A stretch of DNA of 64,000 bases from positions 162,688,001-162,752,000 of the forward strand of contig NC_043000.1 in the NCBI RefSeq assembly GCF_006345805.1, given 5' to 3'. A model generated the notes under the pieces. That model was not told where the DNA came from and ran no database searches. It was given only the letters and a program-made list of their open reading frames with translations. The stretch comes from Octopus sinensis. Lineage: Eukaryota. Each line of letters opens with the position of its first letter. The stretch's first letter is position 1. A program made the translations under genes and the position numbers. Below, in pieces: positions 39,857 to 53,284 of the stretch.

Positions 39857-40510
39857 ACGCAGGAGTGGCTGTGTGGTAAGTTAACTTGCTTACCAACCAC
39901 ATAGTTCTGGGTTCAGTCCCACTGCGTGGCACCTTCGGCAAGTGTCTTCTACTATAGCCTCGGACCGACCAAAGCCTTTGGTAGACGGAAACTGAAAGAA
40001 GCTTTCTGTCGAATAGCGTAGGCTCTAAACATAAATGACTTTTCTATTTCCCCGAGCGTCAAACTAATACACTTACTTGTTGTGCTACACCCGTCTTTGT
40101 TTTTTCTATAAAATTTAAGGTTATATATAGGTGCAAGCGTGGCTGTTTGTACGAAGCCTGCTTCCCAGCCACATGGTTCCCAGTTCAGTCCCATCATGTG
40201 GCATTTTGGCCTGGTGTCTTCTCCTGTTGTCACGGGCCAACAACCGAAGCATTGAGGATCGATTTGGTGGTCGAAAACTGAAAGAAGCCCGTCGTGTGTG
40301 TGTGTTTGCGTCAGTGCTTATCCTCCCCACAGCATCGCTTGACAACCGGTATTGGTGTGTTTATGTCGCTGTAACTTAACGGTTCAATGAAAGAAGGGCT
40401 GATAGAATAAGTACTAAGCTGATAAAAAAGAATCCTGGGTCGATTTGTTCGACTAAAACCCCTCAAGGCAGAGTTCCAGCATGACCGCAGTGAAGTGAGA
40501 AATTGAAACA
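39857..40510 (+). mobile_element. Cluster: composite SINE head, Penelope pseudo-LTR fragment (40002-40125), second composite SINE
   Basis: 40002-40125 aligns with 22925-23035; the flanking pieces match the 37198 family. Confidence 0.7.
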
Positions 40511-41375
40511 TATACGTAAGCACATACACACGCACACATGTGTCTATATACATATAACATGTGTGAGTGTGTGTGTGTGCATGTGTGTATATATATATGT
40601 GTGAGTGTGTGTCTGTGTATGTGCGTTTATGCTCAGTTGTAATTAGATATTTTAAAATTACATTGACCTGAAGGGTCACACCATTTTTTATAGAGCAAAA
40701 ATTTATCATTCTTTTACAAGAATAGTACTGAAAGTGACCAGATAATCTATCACTGGATTCTAATGCATTAAGTTAATCTTGGCTTCATATAGTCATTTTT
40801 CTGGAGTTTGTGGAGTTCAGTTAAATGGAGTTGTGAGGGAGAGGTGTTGAGAAATTTTTATTGATTAAATTTGGTGTTATGGTATTGTTCAAAATTTATT
40901 CATGCTTCTAGAACTTTGTAAACGGGTGTATGTATTTACACCCTTATTACCATTCAACTGAATCAAAAAATTCTTGAGCAATGTTATCTCAGCAGATATT
41001 ATATTACTCCAAGATTAATCTAATACAATATAGTCCGATGGTGGCTTAGCCATATATATATACATAATGGTAGGCTCCCATAATCAGAGAAAAACTGTTC
41101 TGCAATTCTAGCTGAACAAGCTGCGCAAAGGATTTGTTTACAGTGGCCAAATATATGTGCTGTACACTCCTTCTTGAAAACAGACGTTGTCCGAACAGAT
41201 GTATCCGACGTGTACCACACATCAGGTGTCGAATTGGTTGCAGAGCAATGTAAGACGAAGAGTTTTGCTCAAAAACACAACGCATCACCCGATCCGCTCA
41301 CTATCGTGAATACAACACCCAAACCACTAGGCCATGCGCCTCTGATATATGTAGATACATAGATACATACATACG

Positions 41376-41558
41376 TAGGAGTGTCTGTGTGGTAAGTAGC
41401 CTGCTTACCAACCACTTAGTTCCGGGTTCAGTTCCACTGCGTAGCACCTTGGGCTAGTGTCTTCTACTATAGCCTCGGGCCGACCAATGCCTTGTGAGTG
41501 GATTTGGTAGACGGAAACTGAAAGAAGCCGGTGTATATATGTATATATATTATATATA

Positions 41559-41598
<40 letters not shown>

Positions 41599-41599
41599 T

Positions 41600-41652
<53 letters not shown>

Positions 41653-41674
41653 TAATATATATATATATATATGT

Positions 41675-41708
<34 letters not shown>

Positions 41709-42243
41709 CGCAATGGCCTAGTGGTTAGGGCAGCGGACTCGCGGTCGCAGGATCGCGTTTCGATTCCAGACCGGGCGTTGTGAGTGTTTATTGAGCGAAA
41801 ACACTTAAAAGCTCCACGAGTCTCCGGGTGGGTGGTGATCCCTGCTGTACTCTTCTCTCCCACTGTTTTCTCTGTTGGCCTGCTCGCTTAGCCAGCGGGG
41901 TGGCGTCATTCGAAGGCTAAAACAATGCGAACGCATTGTGACCAGCGATGTGTAACAACATCTGATGGTCTGGTTGGTCACGTGATCACGTGATATATAT
42001 ATATATATGTGTGTGTGTATGTGTGTGTGTGTGTATGTTTGTGTGTCTGTGTTTCCCCCCCCCCCAACATCCCTTGACAACCGATGCTGGTGTGTTTACG
42101 TCCCCGTAACTTAGCTGTTCGGCAAAAAGGGACCGATAGAATAAGTACTAGGCTTACAAAGAATAATTTCTGGTGTCGATTTGCTCGACTAAAGGCGGTG
42201 CTCCAGCATGGCCACAGTCAAATGACTGAAACAAGTAAAAGAG
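41376..42243 (+). mobile_element. Composite SINE-like repeat with a second SINE (41704-41993) nested in its microsatellite
   Basis: Head 41376-41531 and tail 42040-42243 match the 37198 family. The insert TGAGGCGCAATGGCCTAGTGG...GGTCACGTGATCACGTGAT matches the 32492-32800 family. Confidence 0.85.
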
Positions 42244-42754
42244 TATACATACATATACACATACATAGAGACATACATACATACATACATACGTACGTAC
42301 ATGCATATACACACCTTCATTTGTGATAAAGTGAGTGCGTGTGTCTGTGTTTCTGTGTGTACGTACGTGTGGTTGTGTTATTGTGTGTGTATGTGTGGTT
42401 GTGTTAGTGTGTGTGTGTACGTGTGGTTGTTTTAGTGAGCGTATGTATGAGTGTGTGTATAAAATACGTAACAGAGATAGCTGCACAATGACGCATCTTT
42501 GTTACTGCCACCCTGATTTTCCACATCAGGCAGCACATGCTCGACCTGTTAGAGGTTGCCCCAAGTTCTTTCACAATATACTCTTTCGCCTAAAAAAATA
42601 TGAGGACACATGAGATAATGTAAACGTAGGTTATTCTGGGCTTGAAAGCCAAATGAAAATAGGAAATTGGTTGACTGTTGGATGACTTTTTATCAAAGTT
42701 CAACTTGATAAGAGTTCACTTTGCCGTCACAACATTAAAATTTCGTACTCATAG

Positions 42755-43047
42755 CTATCACTACCATCGTTATCATCATCATCATTATCATCATCATCAT
42801 CATCATCATCATCACCATCATCACCATCATCACCATCATCATCATCATCATCATCATCGTCATCATCATCATCATCATCAACCTCATCATCATCATCATC
42901 ATCATCACCATCATCACCATCATCATCATCATCATCATCATCATCATTGTCATCATCATCATCATCATCACCATCATCACCATCATCACCATCATCACCA
43001 TCATCACCATCATCATCATCATCATCATCGTCGTCATCATCATCATC

Positions 43048-43106
<59 letters not shown>

Positions 43107-43185
43107 CTTCCCCTCATCGTCGTTGTTGCCGTTGTCTTCAACGCGGATATCATCGTCATCGTCACGATCATTATCATCATCTTCA
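42755..43185. repeat. (CAT/CAC)n trinucleotide microsatellite
   Basis: Direct inspection; the poly-His, poly-Met and poly-Ser ORFs are artefacts. Confidence 0.95.
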
Positions 43186-43243
43186 TATATGTATGTCTGT
43201 GTACACACACATACACACACAGAGGCACGCAAATGTAAAGATT

Positions 43244-43310
<67 letters not shown>

Positions 43311-43537
43311 ATAATATATATATATATATATTATGTGAAATAGAAAGATGAATAATCTTGTAGTAGATTAATCAAAAGTTTAACCGATACCTTAGTAGCA
43401 AAAATCACAGCAGTGAACAGCACGGTTGGAGGTACAACCATCTGGCGTTGCAACCGTGCGTTGGTGCGGATAATTGAAATTAAAACATTATTGGTGAATT
43501 GAAGAAATGGAGCTGAACGCAGATTGAACAGAAATCG

Positions 43538-43634
43538 TTTTATTTCATTCTACACGTGTTTCGAAAGGCACAAATTACCAAAATCCGATTGAATAATGGG
43601 ACCATATTGTGTCTTTCTCTTCAGGAAGAAAAAA
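43538..43634 (-). ncRNA. Hammerhead ribozyme in PLE pseudo-LTR (copy 1)
   Basis: Reverse complement of the 48424-48519 motif. Confidence 0.75.
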
Positions 43635-44238
43635 GGAAATCCGTTGGAAAAACAAAAACAGAACAGAGGCAGAGCAAAAAACAAATCGAACTGTGCTCCT
43701 AAGAGCCCATGGCGAAACTGTTTATCAGTGTATGTTGAGAACCGGTGGCTGAAGAATTCAACAGGTCAGGCATCGGTCAAACATGGGGTGAGGGTGTATA
43801 GATGTTCTTTGTGACCGAGAATAAAGTTCTGACTATTTAAAGAATATTGGATGTTTTATAAGGGGCGAGAAAAAATCTACTTAGAGACGTGTGTGTGTGT
43901 ATACTGTTCTATATATGTGTGTGTTGGCGTAGGGGTAGAAAACATTTTTTGTGTACGTGTGTGCGTTTGATCGTTCGGCTGTCAGTGGCTACTGCCGTGA
44001 TAACCGTTGGGTGGCAGAAAGAAAAAAAATAAAGAAATTATATATATATTTTATGTTTTATGTGTGTGTGTGTGTGTTCATCTAAGCCTACCTTGACAAG
44101 GAAACCCCCCGCTGTGAAAAAACAAGCCCCGTTTGTCTTACAGGAGTAATTTCCCTTGCAGTGGTTAATTGTAGATATCTTAAAATCTATTTCAGAATTT
44201 GTTACAAGGGCTATGGGTGCCGGTCTTATTTATAAACG

Positions 44239-46916
44239 CTATTTAAAGGCCAGATAAGTGTAACGCCGCCAATGGGGGCATCGAAAAGCCGACTGTAAGA
44301 GCCCGTTTACCATCCGGCCTCTGGCAAACAAAATATGGAAGAGTTCGGAGACACAAAGGTTGCACTGTCTTCTGCCCCTATCAAATGGGAGGGCCACCGA
44401 CACAAATTGACCATTCCAGCCTATAGCTTAAGTTCGCATCCTTCAGTCGCCATATTAGCTTACTGAGTCCCGTGGTCTGGCGCTTGTTCACGTCCCGAAA
44501 AGTTGCGTAATGGTTGGAGACACGCAAAGACAATCTTGAGGATGATGCCCCTATATAAGTGAAGGCATCTGAGTCCGTGTAAACCTTGCATTGGTAGACG
44601 GCGTTTCTGATCTTGGAGTTCGCCGACGTGAATCTTACTCTGCTAGGATTGGTTCTGAAATTAGAACTGCGTTCCTGTCACTATATTCGTTCCGAGACCT
44701 GCAGCCGCTTCTACTCTATTTTCCACTACGTCACTATTAACTATAGGAATAACCCTGATTCTCCACTATCTATCAGAGTGCTGTCATTGCTACTGCCCGT
44801 GGTACTGCTATTGCGGGAAATGATGCTGGGGATGCTAAAGGGGCTCTCTACCCTACTCCCATTGTTACCATCAACCACAACACCCCTATTTATAACTATA
44901 CCCCTAGTGGGTACTCCCTGGCTGGAGCTGAGTTATGTGTCACTGTACTGGCTCTCATATCATTATTACTACTATAATTATTCCTACTGAGCATTAAACC
45001 GGGAGCGGAAGAGGCTGTGCCTCCGGAAAAAGGTGATAGGGTCTTAGTAAGTAGCCTATTATTATGGGAGGCGATTATCTGGGCGAGGTTTTTAGTGTTG
45101 GAGAAAGCTATCCTAACTTTATGTGAGTTAACCGTGGAGTAATATTTGGAATTTTTGGGGAAGTTATTGGCGATGGCTTGTCTAAACATGAGGGAGGTTA
45201 GTTCTAATCTGCTTACCAAAGGGGATTACAAACCATATATGCTTATTCCTATCAGTGTGATGGGTCGGGACGCCAGCTCTCGCATTTGGTGGGTGATTCT
45301 CGGATGAATAACGGGTCTTGGGTTAGTGTAAGACCTCCCGGACCGATAATTATGCTTGTTCGCTAAATTAAATGCGGGAGCGACTACCCCGGTATCCGCC
45401 GCGCTCCCGTCCTTACTTAAAATGTTAATGTTATTATATACGGCCCTATCCTGATGACCGAATGATGGCATCGGAAGGGCCGGATCAATATAAATTACCT
45501 TCTGCCTATAACGGCCTTGGATAGTGCGGCGTAATAAAAATCCGCTTTCTGCATAAAAATATCGGCACTGGCGGACAGGCCAGACAATCTTAGAGAGATT
45601 GTTTTTAACCAAATTGTCTGTTACGGTTTTGGCATGATTTGAGAAGACACTGACATACTTCAAATTAGTGGAAGGCTTATGGTAAGGGCAGTATGAGTCG
45701 CTATTAAGGTTAAGTGTAACGTCTAGGAAATTAGCCTTGGTGAGTTCGTTATCAAAAACTATACTCATGCCCATTCTATTAAAAAACCTAGCTAACCTGC
45801 TCTTAGTTTTCTGCACTATTCTGTTCGTGGTGTTTTGCAGGTAAACAGACAATCGTCACGATACAGGCCGCCCGCGATCTCCGGGAATGATCGGACAATT
45901 CGTAGAGAATATATATTCCGACCAAATCGGCTATCTGCGCACTATCCGAACTACCCATAGGCACATCAAATTCATTGGGAGTATCCTTACGGATCCACAG
46001 CTTATTATCAAACTTAATAAACGATTTCCTGGCAACTAAAAGATATCTATCTTTCTCTGGTGAGGCCTGCCTTGTTGTGAGCATGCCAGAGGGCCTTATT
46101 TAGCACACTAGGGTTAATCGAGGGGTAGAAAGCTGGCGATATCAAACTGAATGAACCTAGTACGGTTCTTATTGGGGATGGAAGAGAACCACTTCACTAC
46201 CTGCGAGGAGTTGGCCCAGAGGCTGAGCTTCAGCTTGTTTACTAAACTAGGGATATATTTATCTAAAATGTACTTACTGATTATCCCGATATCAGATCTA
46301 GCAGGGCATATGAGTCTTAGCGCTGGGTTGGTGTGGAAGTTAGGTTTATGGTCCTTCACTATAAATCTGGGTTGCTTGGGGCTAAGCGGCTGAGTTCTCA
46401 TTTGAATTCGGTGTTTAAATATTATATCCTTAATTTCCAAGTTTACCTTCCTCAGGGTACTCCAATTGGTTTTCTATAATTTTTCTTGATCTCTTACCGA
46501 GTAAATCTAGGTACTGCTTAATGGGCATCTTGTATGTGTTCCTGGTCTTGTCGGACTGGACCAGGACTCCGTCCGTTCTATTAATGTCCTTGGTAATTTT
46601 ATCTAGGTATCTGAGGGGGGCATTTCTCCTGGGTGACTTCCTGAACTTAATCTTTCTAACTATGTCCCACAAGTCGTCCTCAAACTTCTTCAGTCTTGGG
46701 TTCGGGGGCGGCGTATCCAATGTTTTAAAAAGCCGGCCGTATTCGGACGATGCAGTTTGTCCGGTTCGATTTTAGATCTTCGTTCTCGTGGAAGAAAATG
46801 AGCCATCTTATCCGGTTTATGAATGCGTTGGTTTTACAAACCAACTCCTTAAGGAAGGCATCCTTTGGTGGTATAGGAATATCCTTAAGGGACGCATCAA
46901 TCTCGAACAACTCCAT
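44239..46916 (-). CDS. PLE reverse transcriptase + GIY-YIG endonuclease polyprotein (multiple 1-bp frameshifts)
   Basis: Motifs in order: SLKDIPIP..RIRW; VQSDKTRNTY; VKDHKPNF..RLICPARSDIG; FIQFDIASF; FDVPMGSSDSAQIADLVGIYIL; GGLYRDD (YRDD at 45852-45863); NFLDVTLNL..PYHKP; IWFVIPF; HNNRLL; AVYQCKV..TYIGASS; CNLCVSE..CPH. Confidence 0.88.
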
Positions 46917-47169
46917 TATTGGCGTCGGTTAAAGTAGCAGTTTCTTGACGAAGCGGTATGTATTATGTGAAATAGAAAGATGAATAATCTTGTAGTGGAT
47001 TAATCAAAAGTTTAACCGATACCTTAGTAGCAAAAATCACAGCAGTGAACAGCACGGTTGGAGGTACAACCATCTGGCGTTGCAACCGTGCGTTGGTGCG
47101 GATAATTGAAATTAAAACATTATTGGTGAATTGAAGAAATGGAGCTGAACGCAGATTGAACAGAAATCG

Positions 47170-47266
47170 TTTTATTTCATTCTACACGTGTTTCGAAAGG
47201 CACAAATTACCAAAATCCGATTGAATAATGGGACCATATTGTGTCTTTCTCTTCAGGAAGAAAAAA
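47170..47266 (-). ncRNA. Hammerhead ribozyme in PLE pseudo-LTR (copy 2)
   Basis: Matches copy 1, 3632 bp away. Confidence 0.75.
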
Positions 47267-48423
47267 GGAAATCCGTTGGAAAAACAAAAACAGAACAGAG
47301 GCAGAGCAAAAAACAAATCGAACTGTGCTCCTAAGAGCCCATGGCGAAACTGTTTATCAGTGTATGTTGAGAACCGGTGGCTGAAGAATTCAACAGGTCA
47401 GGCATCGGTCAAACATGGGGTGAGGGTGTATAGATGTTCTTTGTGACCGAGAATAAAGTTCTGACTATTTAAAGAATATTGGATGTTTTATAAGGGGCGA
47501 GAAAAAATCTACTTAGAGACGTGTGTGTGTGTATACTGTTCTATATATGTGTGTGTTGGCGTAGGGGTAGAAAACATTTTTTGTGTACGTGTGTGCGTTT
47601 GATCGTTCGGCTGTCAGTGGCTACTGCCGTGATAACCGTTGGGTGGCAGAAAGAAAAAAAATAAAGAAATTATATATATATATTTTATGTTTTATGTGTG
47701 TGTGTGTGTGTTCATCTAAGCCTACCTTGACAAGGAAACCCCCCGCTGTGAAAAAACAAGCCCCGTTTGTCTTACAGGAGTAATTTCCCTTGCAGTGGTT
47801 AATTGTAGATATCTTAAAATCTATTTCAGAATTTGTTACCAAGGGATATGGGTGCCGGTCTTATTTATAAACGCTATTTAAAGGCCAGATAAGTGTAACG
47901 CCGCCAATGGGGGCATCGAAAAGCCGACTGTAAGAGCCCGTTTACCATCCGGCCTCTGGGGTTTCCTTGTCAGGTAGGCTTAGATGAACACACACACACA
48001 CACATAAAACATAAAATATATAATTAATTTCTTTATTTTTTTCTTTCTGCCACCAACGGTTATCACGGCAGTAGCCACTGACAGCCGAACGATCAAACGC
48101 ACACACGTACACAAAAAATGTTTCTACCCTACGCCAACACACACATATATAGAACAGTATACACACACACACGTCTCTAGTAGATTTTTCTCGCCCCTTA
48201 TAAAACATCCAATATTCTTTAAATAGTCAGAACTTTATTCTCGGTCACAAAGAACATCTATACACCCTCACCCACATGTTTGACCGATGCCTGACCTGTT
48301 GAATTCTTCAGCCACCGGTTCTCAACATACACTGATAACAGTTTCGCCATGGGCTCTTAGGAGCACAGTTCGATTTGTTTTTGCTCTGCCTCTGTTCTGT
48401 TTTTGTTTTTCCAACGGATTTCC

Positions 48424-48519
48424 TTTTTTCTTCCTGAAGAGAAAGACACAATATGGTCCCATTATTCAATCGGATTTTGTAATTTGTGCCTTTCGAAACA
48501 CGTGTAGAATGAAATAAAA
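48424..48519 (+). ncRNA. Hammerhead ribozyme in inverted PLE pseudo-LTR (copy 3)
   Basis: Stem I TTC/GAA (extendable); CTGAAGA at 48434-48440; long stem II GAAAGACACAA...TTGTGCCTTTC; GAAA; stem III AC-ACGT-GT; GUA triplet at 48504-48506. Confidence 0.78.
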
Positions 48520-51419
48520 CGATTTCTGTTCAATCTGCGTTCAGCTCCATTTCTTCAATTCACCAATAATGTTTTATATATATATATAGATACACTCACA
48601 CATGCACACATATGCCTATAGGCAGACGTATTGCCCGTCTGTTTTATCAAAACACCACCATGAAATAATGTGCTTATTTTAGCAAAGAATATACACTAAT
48701 TGACTAAGAAATTAGGACCTCTCTTTTTTCCTAAAAGACGAATTACAATAAACATTTGTTGACCACTTGTTTAATCCAAGCCCTCAGAATAAACAATATT
48801 CTTAGTTTGCTCTAAGGCGCTATAAAGAATAGGCCAATAAGGTTTTCAACGAATGACTCAAGATGATGTTGCTAATGTGAAAATATATACATTTTACGAG
48901 GTTGTAGAGTCAGCTTTCAATAAATGTCCTTCTGATGTTTTGTGATCGTAATAATTTTAATTTGAATGAAAAATCAAGCTTTTAAATTCGAGATGGCAAA
49001 TCAACCGAATTCATTTCTATGCTGGAAATGAAACAATTGTTTCCAGGAAATTTTAGACATTATTATGGGATCCTGGATAAGGGGTATCATATTCTTGATC
49101 TCTTTGTTGAATCATACATACATACGTTCATACATACACACATACATACATACATACATACATACATACATACATACATACATACATACATACATACATA
49201 CATACATACATACATACATACATACATACATACATACATACATACGTACGTACGTATGTACATACATATGTAGCAAGTCATGAGAGGCGGCAATATGACG
49301 TAATGGTCGGTTGCCTGAACAAGCATAATTGTTGATAATCCCATTGGTTAAAATTGCTGCCCATATACGATTTCTAAACATTCGTCAAAGAAATGCTTCA
49401 CGAAATACGGTTCTTAGAATTCAGATATGAGCAGTTATAAAAACCCTGATTTTTGGGAAATTACTCAGTGCTCGTAGGATGGTTACTAAACTCCACGTCA
49501 CTCACTCATTGAGATATTTGCTATTTTTTATGCCATGTCTATGATAAAAATCCAACAAGAATTATTTGAATTGTTATGAACTCTAGTAGTTACTACGAAA
49601 GATATGCTAATGTGAATTTTAAGTCGTAATTCTCTACGACAAAATGACTTTACTTTCCGATTGTACTATAAATGGTAAATGTACATAAATAAAATAATGT
49701 AGCAATTATTTTCTCTTTCTTCACGTTATTCAACTTGTTAATGAAATTTATTTCTGCAATTATGAAACCATATTTTATAGCGGTTAAAAGAATACGAATT
49801 TGTTTATCTTCAACAAACATGCACGCATACAATGCCCGTTAGCGTTTCACAGTATATATTTCTCGCTATGGCGTTTATGTAGCTGGAGTCAGGATCTACG
49901 TATAAACGTATAATGCTAACACTTATAAATAAATTATGAGTGACGTGTTTATCAATAGATATTCCTACTTCAAAAGTAAAATATATTTATTATCTAATTC
50001 CAAATAGGAAACATATAAAAGTAGTGTTACACAAACAGTAACAAAACGCGGCTATAAAAAGTGGTAACCGGCTATACATACATACACACATGCATACATA
50101 CATATATACACACATACATACATACATACATACATACATACATACATACATACATACATACATACATACATACACACATGCATACATACATACATACATA
50201 CAAACATACGTACTTACATGTATGCATACGTGCATACATAAATATATACATACTGATAGTTGTATGCTTAAGAAGCATGCTTTGCAACCACGTGGGTTTA
50301 GGTTCAGTCCCACTATACAGCAGAAGTAGCACATTGGGCAAGTGTCTTTTACTAAAAGTACCCGGTCGACCAATGCCTTGTGAGTGGACTTACCCGTCTT
50401 TATATGCCTACACCCATACACACACACATACACGCACATGCATGCACACAGACACATACATACACACTCAAACACACACAAACACACACACAAACACGCA
50501 CACATATACACACAAGCACTCACACACACACAAGCTCGCGTAAGCACATACCTATAAGCCAACATGAAGAAGATTTAAGTACTATTTTCTGGCAAGATGA
50601 GATACCAATCTGCTATGTGCTCCCATACAGACATAAATGATGCAGTGATTTGAAGGTTAGTTGTCAGGTATTAGTGTATGGACTACCTAATATGCGCAGG
50701 TTTTCTCATGGCTTCATATATATATATACCTTGCTGTGATTGTACAGTGTGATATGAGGTAAATTTAGCAGCCACTTTTAACACGTAAAAGCTTCCGTGC
50801 TGGACCATCCAAATATAGATGCATACAGTAAACTAAAGCGTGCAATTAGAGGATGCTAAGAGTACAGATTTTAACAGATTGAGCTTCCTCAACATATTTC
50901 TTCCTTGTTAGTCCATACATATATTTATACAGGAAACAGCAGGGTGAGAATGCAAAATTATTTGACGTGTATTGATATGAGATCTTTTCGTTGAATTATA
51001 TTGTAATAGCGTGGTCTAATTTGAGGCAGATTTGGTTGTTATTTCTATGAGGTCAAACTTACGATGTTAAAGTACCCTCGTTTTATATCCCTCCCTTTTA
51101 ACGTATATAAACCTTTGTTAGTACATGATTGCATCGAAGCATTGTAGAGGTTGTTAGTTGAATACGATGATGAGGAAAGAGAAAATATATTGCGTTGAAT
51201 TATTTTATCAGAGGTCGAATATACCGAAGCTCAAGAAATCGTAACCCAGTGATTGGTTGAAAAAAGAAAAAAAAACTGCCGTAAGGTGTAGGGATAAAAA
51301 TGCTATACAAACACTGCTATTACTTCTCTCTTACTCCATCTCTATCACTCTTTACGTGTGTATATTTCATTCGCTATATATCTATATTTCACTACTTCAC
51401 AAGATACACATATTCTTTT

Positions 51420-51770
51420 TTTTTTATTCTTTCACTTGTTCCCCTCATTTGACTGCGGCCATGCTGGAGCACAGCCTTTAGTCGAGCAAATCGACCCCGG
51501 GACTTATTCTTTGTAAGCTTAATACTTATTCTATCGGTCGTAAACTCACCAGTGTCGGTTGTCAAGCGATGTTGGGGAGGACAAACACACACATACAAAC
51601 ACACACACACACACACACACTCACACGCATACACACATACACACATACACACACACAAATATATATATATATATACACGACGGGCTTCTTTCAGTTTCCA
51701 CCTACCAAATCCACTCACAATATTTTGGTCGGCCCGAGTCTATAGTAGAAGACACTTGCACAAGGTGCCA
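51420..51770 (-). mobile_element. Composite SINE-like repeat
   Basis: Reverse complement of the 37198 family. Confidence 0.8.
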
Positions 51771-53284
51771 TATATATATATATATATTTAGGCCACATGG
51801 ACAGACAGAAGGCCAGGGAAAGAAAAGTTAAAGAGAAACTGAATGAAAATCAGTTTCATTTCACTCAAGGCTATTTTCGAATATTTCGTTCATTCATTCT
51901 GCCATTTGATGTCGATAAAATGCTTCCTAATACTCCCCCATTCACACTTTCTGCCTTTCTCCAAGTCCTTTCTTGGCAGATGGTAGAGTGTTGTTTGTTG
52001 GACGTGTGTACGATTCTTCTCAAAATAAGTTTTTAAGAAAATTTCTCTGTGAATTGGTAAATATTAGTAAATATAGCTATGCAGATGATATCTGAACACA
52101 AAAGCCGACATACATGCAGGCATTTCACCCCACACACTCACACAAGTTTCAGGATGTATAACTTCAACGGAAAGCAGCGACTGAAGTACTTGAGATTCGT
52201 GTTACTTCCGTAACTACTCGTGTTGAATATTTCCAACCTCAAAATTAAAAAGAAATGCGTGTATGTATATGCATGTAGTAAAGTATGTTGTATACACACA
52301 TACACGCACAGACATATATACCTAATTTAACGTATACTTTCTCTCGTCGTTTATTAATTCTAATGCACTTTAAATTCTACGTATATATACATGTGTGTGT
52401 GTGTGTTTCATATATGCATTGTGAGATTAATATCCTGGTTCAGAACACTCAATATACGAATGTTTCCGAACAAAGCGTTAGATGAGTATAGAACGGTAAT
52501 AAGAGAAAGAGATGGCACAGGAAAACAATGGTCACGTTATGAACTTCATTGGCTTACAGTTGTTTCTGCTAAAGGATGCAGTGGACTCGTAGCTGAATGC
52601 CTGAGTAACATATTTTGGCTTCATTGGAGTCTTGAATAAGTAGAGCAATTTATTTGGGGAAAAAGAATTATATTTTTGCAACATTCAGGGAAGGCATTAC
52701 CAGCGAGAATGTCATTTGTGATGTAAATGTAATGACTTTTTGACTGGAAATGCCTTCCCTGTATATTGCACAAATGTGCCATCTTCAATAAAGATCTGTT
52801 TTACGTTATATCAACTTGTTAGTTTGTTACTTCTTAAAACATAACGACAGAAGACATCACTTGAACATATATTGACGATTTGTCTGAGAGTCGGTCAGAA
52901 AGTTCCACGATATTTGCTCTCGAGGCTGTGGTGTTAGATCCTGTCGAGATCAATTTTACCTTTCGGAGTCAATAAAAATCCAATCTATGGTGGTGTATTG
53001 GCAGAACTACAAGAAATTCGATCGGGATACCTTGCAGTATTTGTTTCGGCTCTTTTCGAGTTCAAATATCATCAAAGCCTATTTGTGTGGTATATTTAAG
53101 ACATCTCTCAGTTTGACTCATTCTGATGAGGCTTCCAATTTGATCATACTTTCTTCTCACTCTCCTATTAGCCTCAAAGCACTTGTAACTGGTCATGCGT
53201 ATTACATTCTCTCCTGACTAAAGGATAAAAACAATACATGTATATGTGTTTCTGCAGATGTATATACATTCAGGTATTATAATT

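Larger units (their letters stand above)
43329..48575 (-). mobile_element. Near full-length Penelope-like retroelement, Naiad-type, with tandem and inverted pseudo-LTRs
   Basis: 43329-~44325 is repeated at 46961-~47958 (period 3632). ~47959-48575 is an inverted copy of ~47110-47742. (TA)n at both ends; RT and GIY-YIG ORF lie between the repeats. Confidence 0.92.

Noticed and set aside
44239-46916. Selenocysteine recoding, reported for some Naiad elements
   Set aside because: The Cys positions I could read (CNLC, CPH, YQC) use TGC/TGT, the breaks I traced are frameshifts rather than in-frame TGA, and I saw no convincing SECIS in the 3' UTR.
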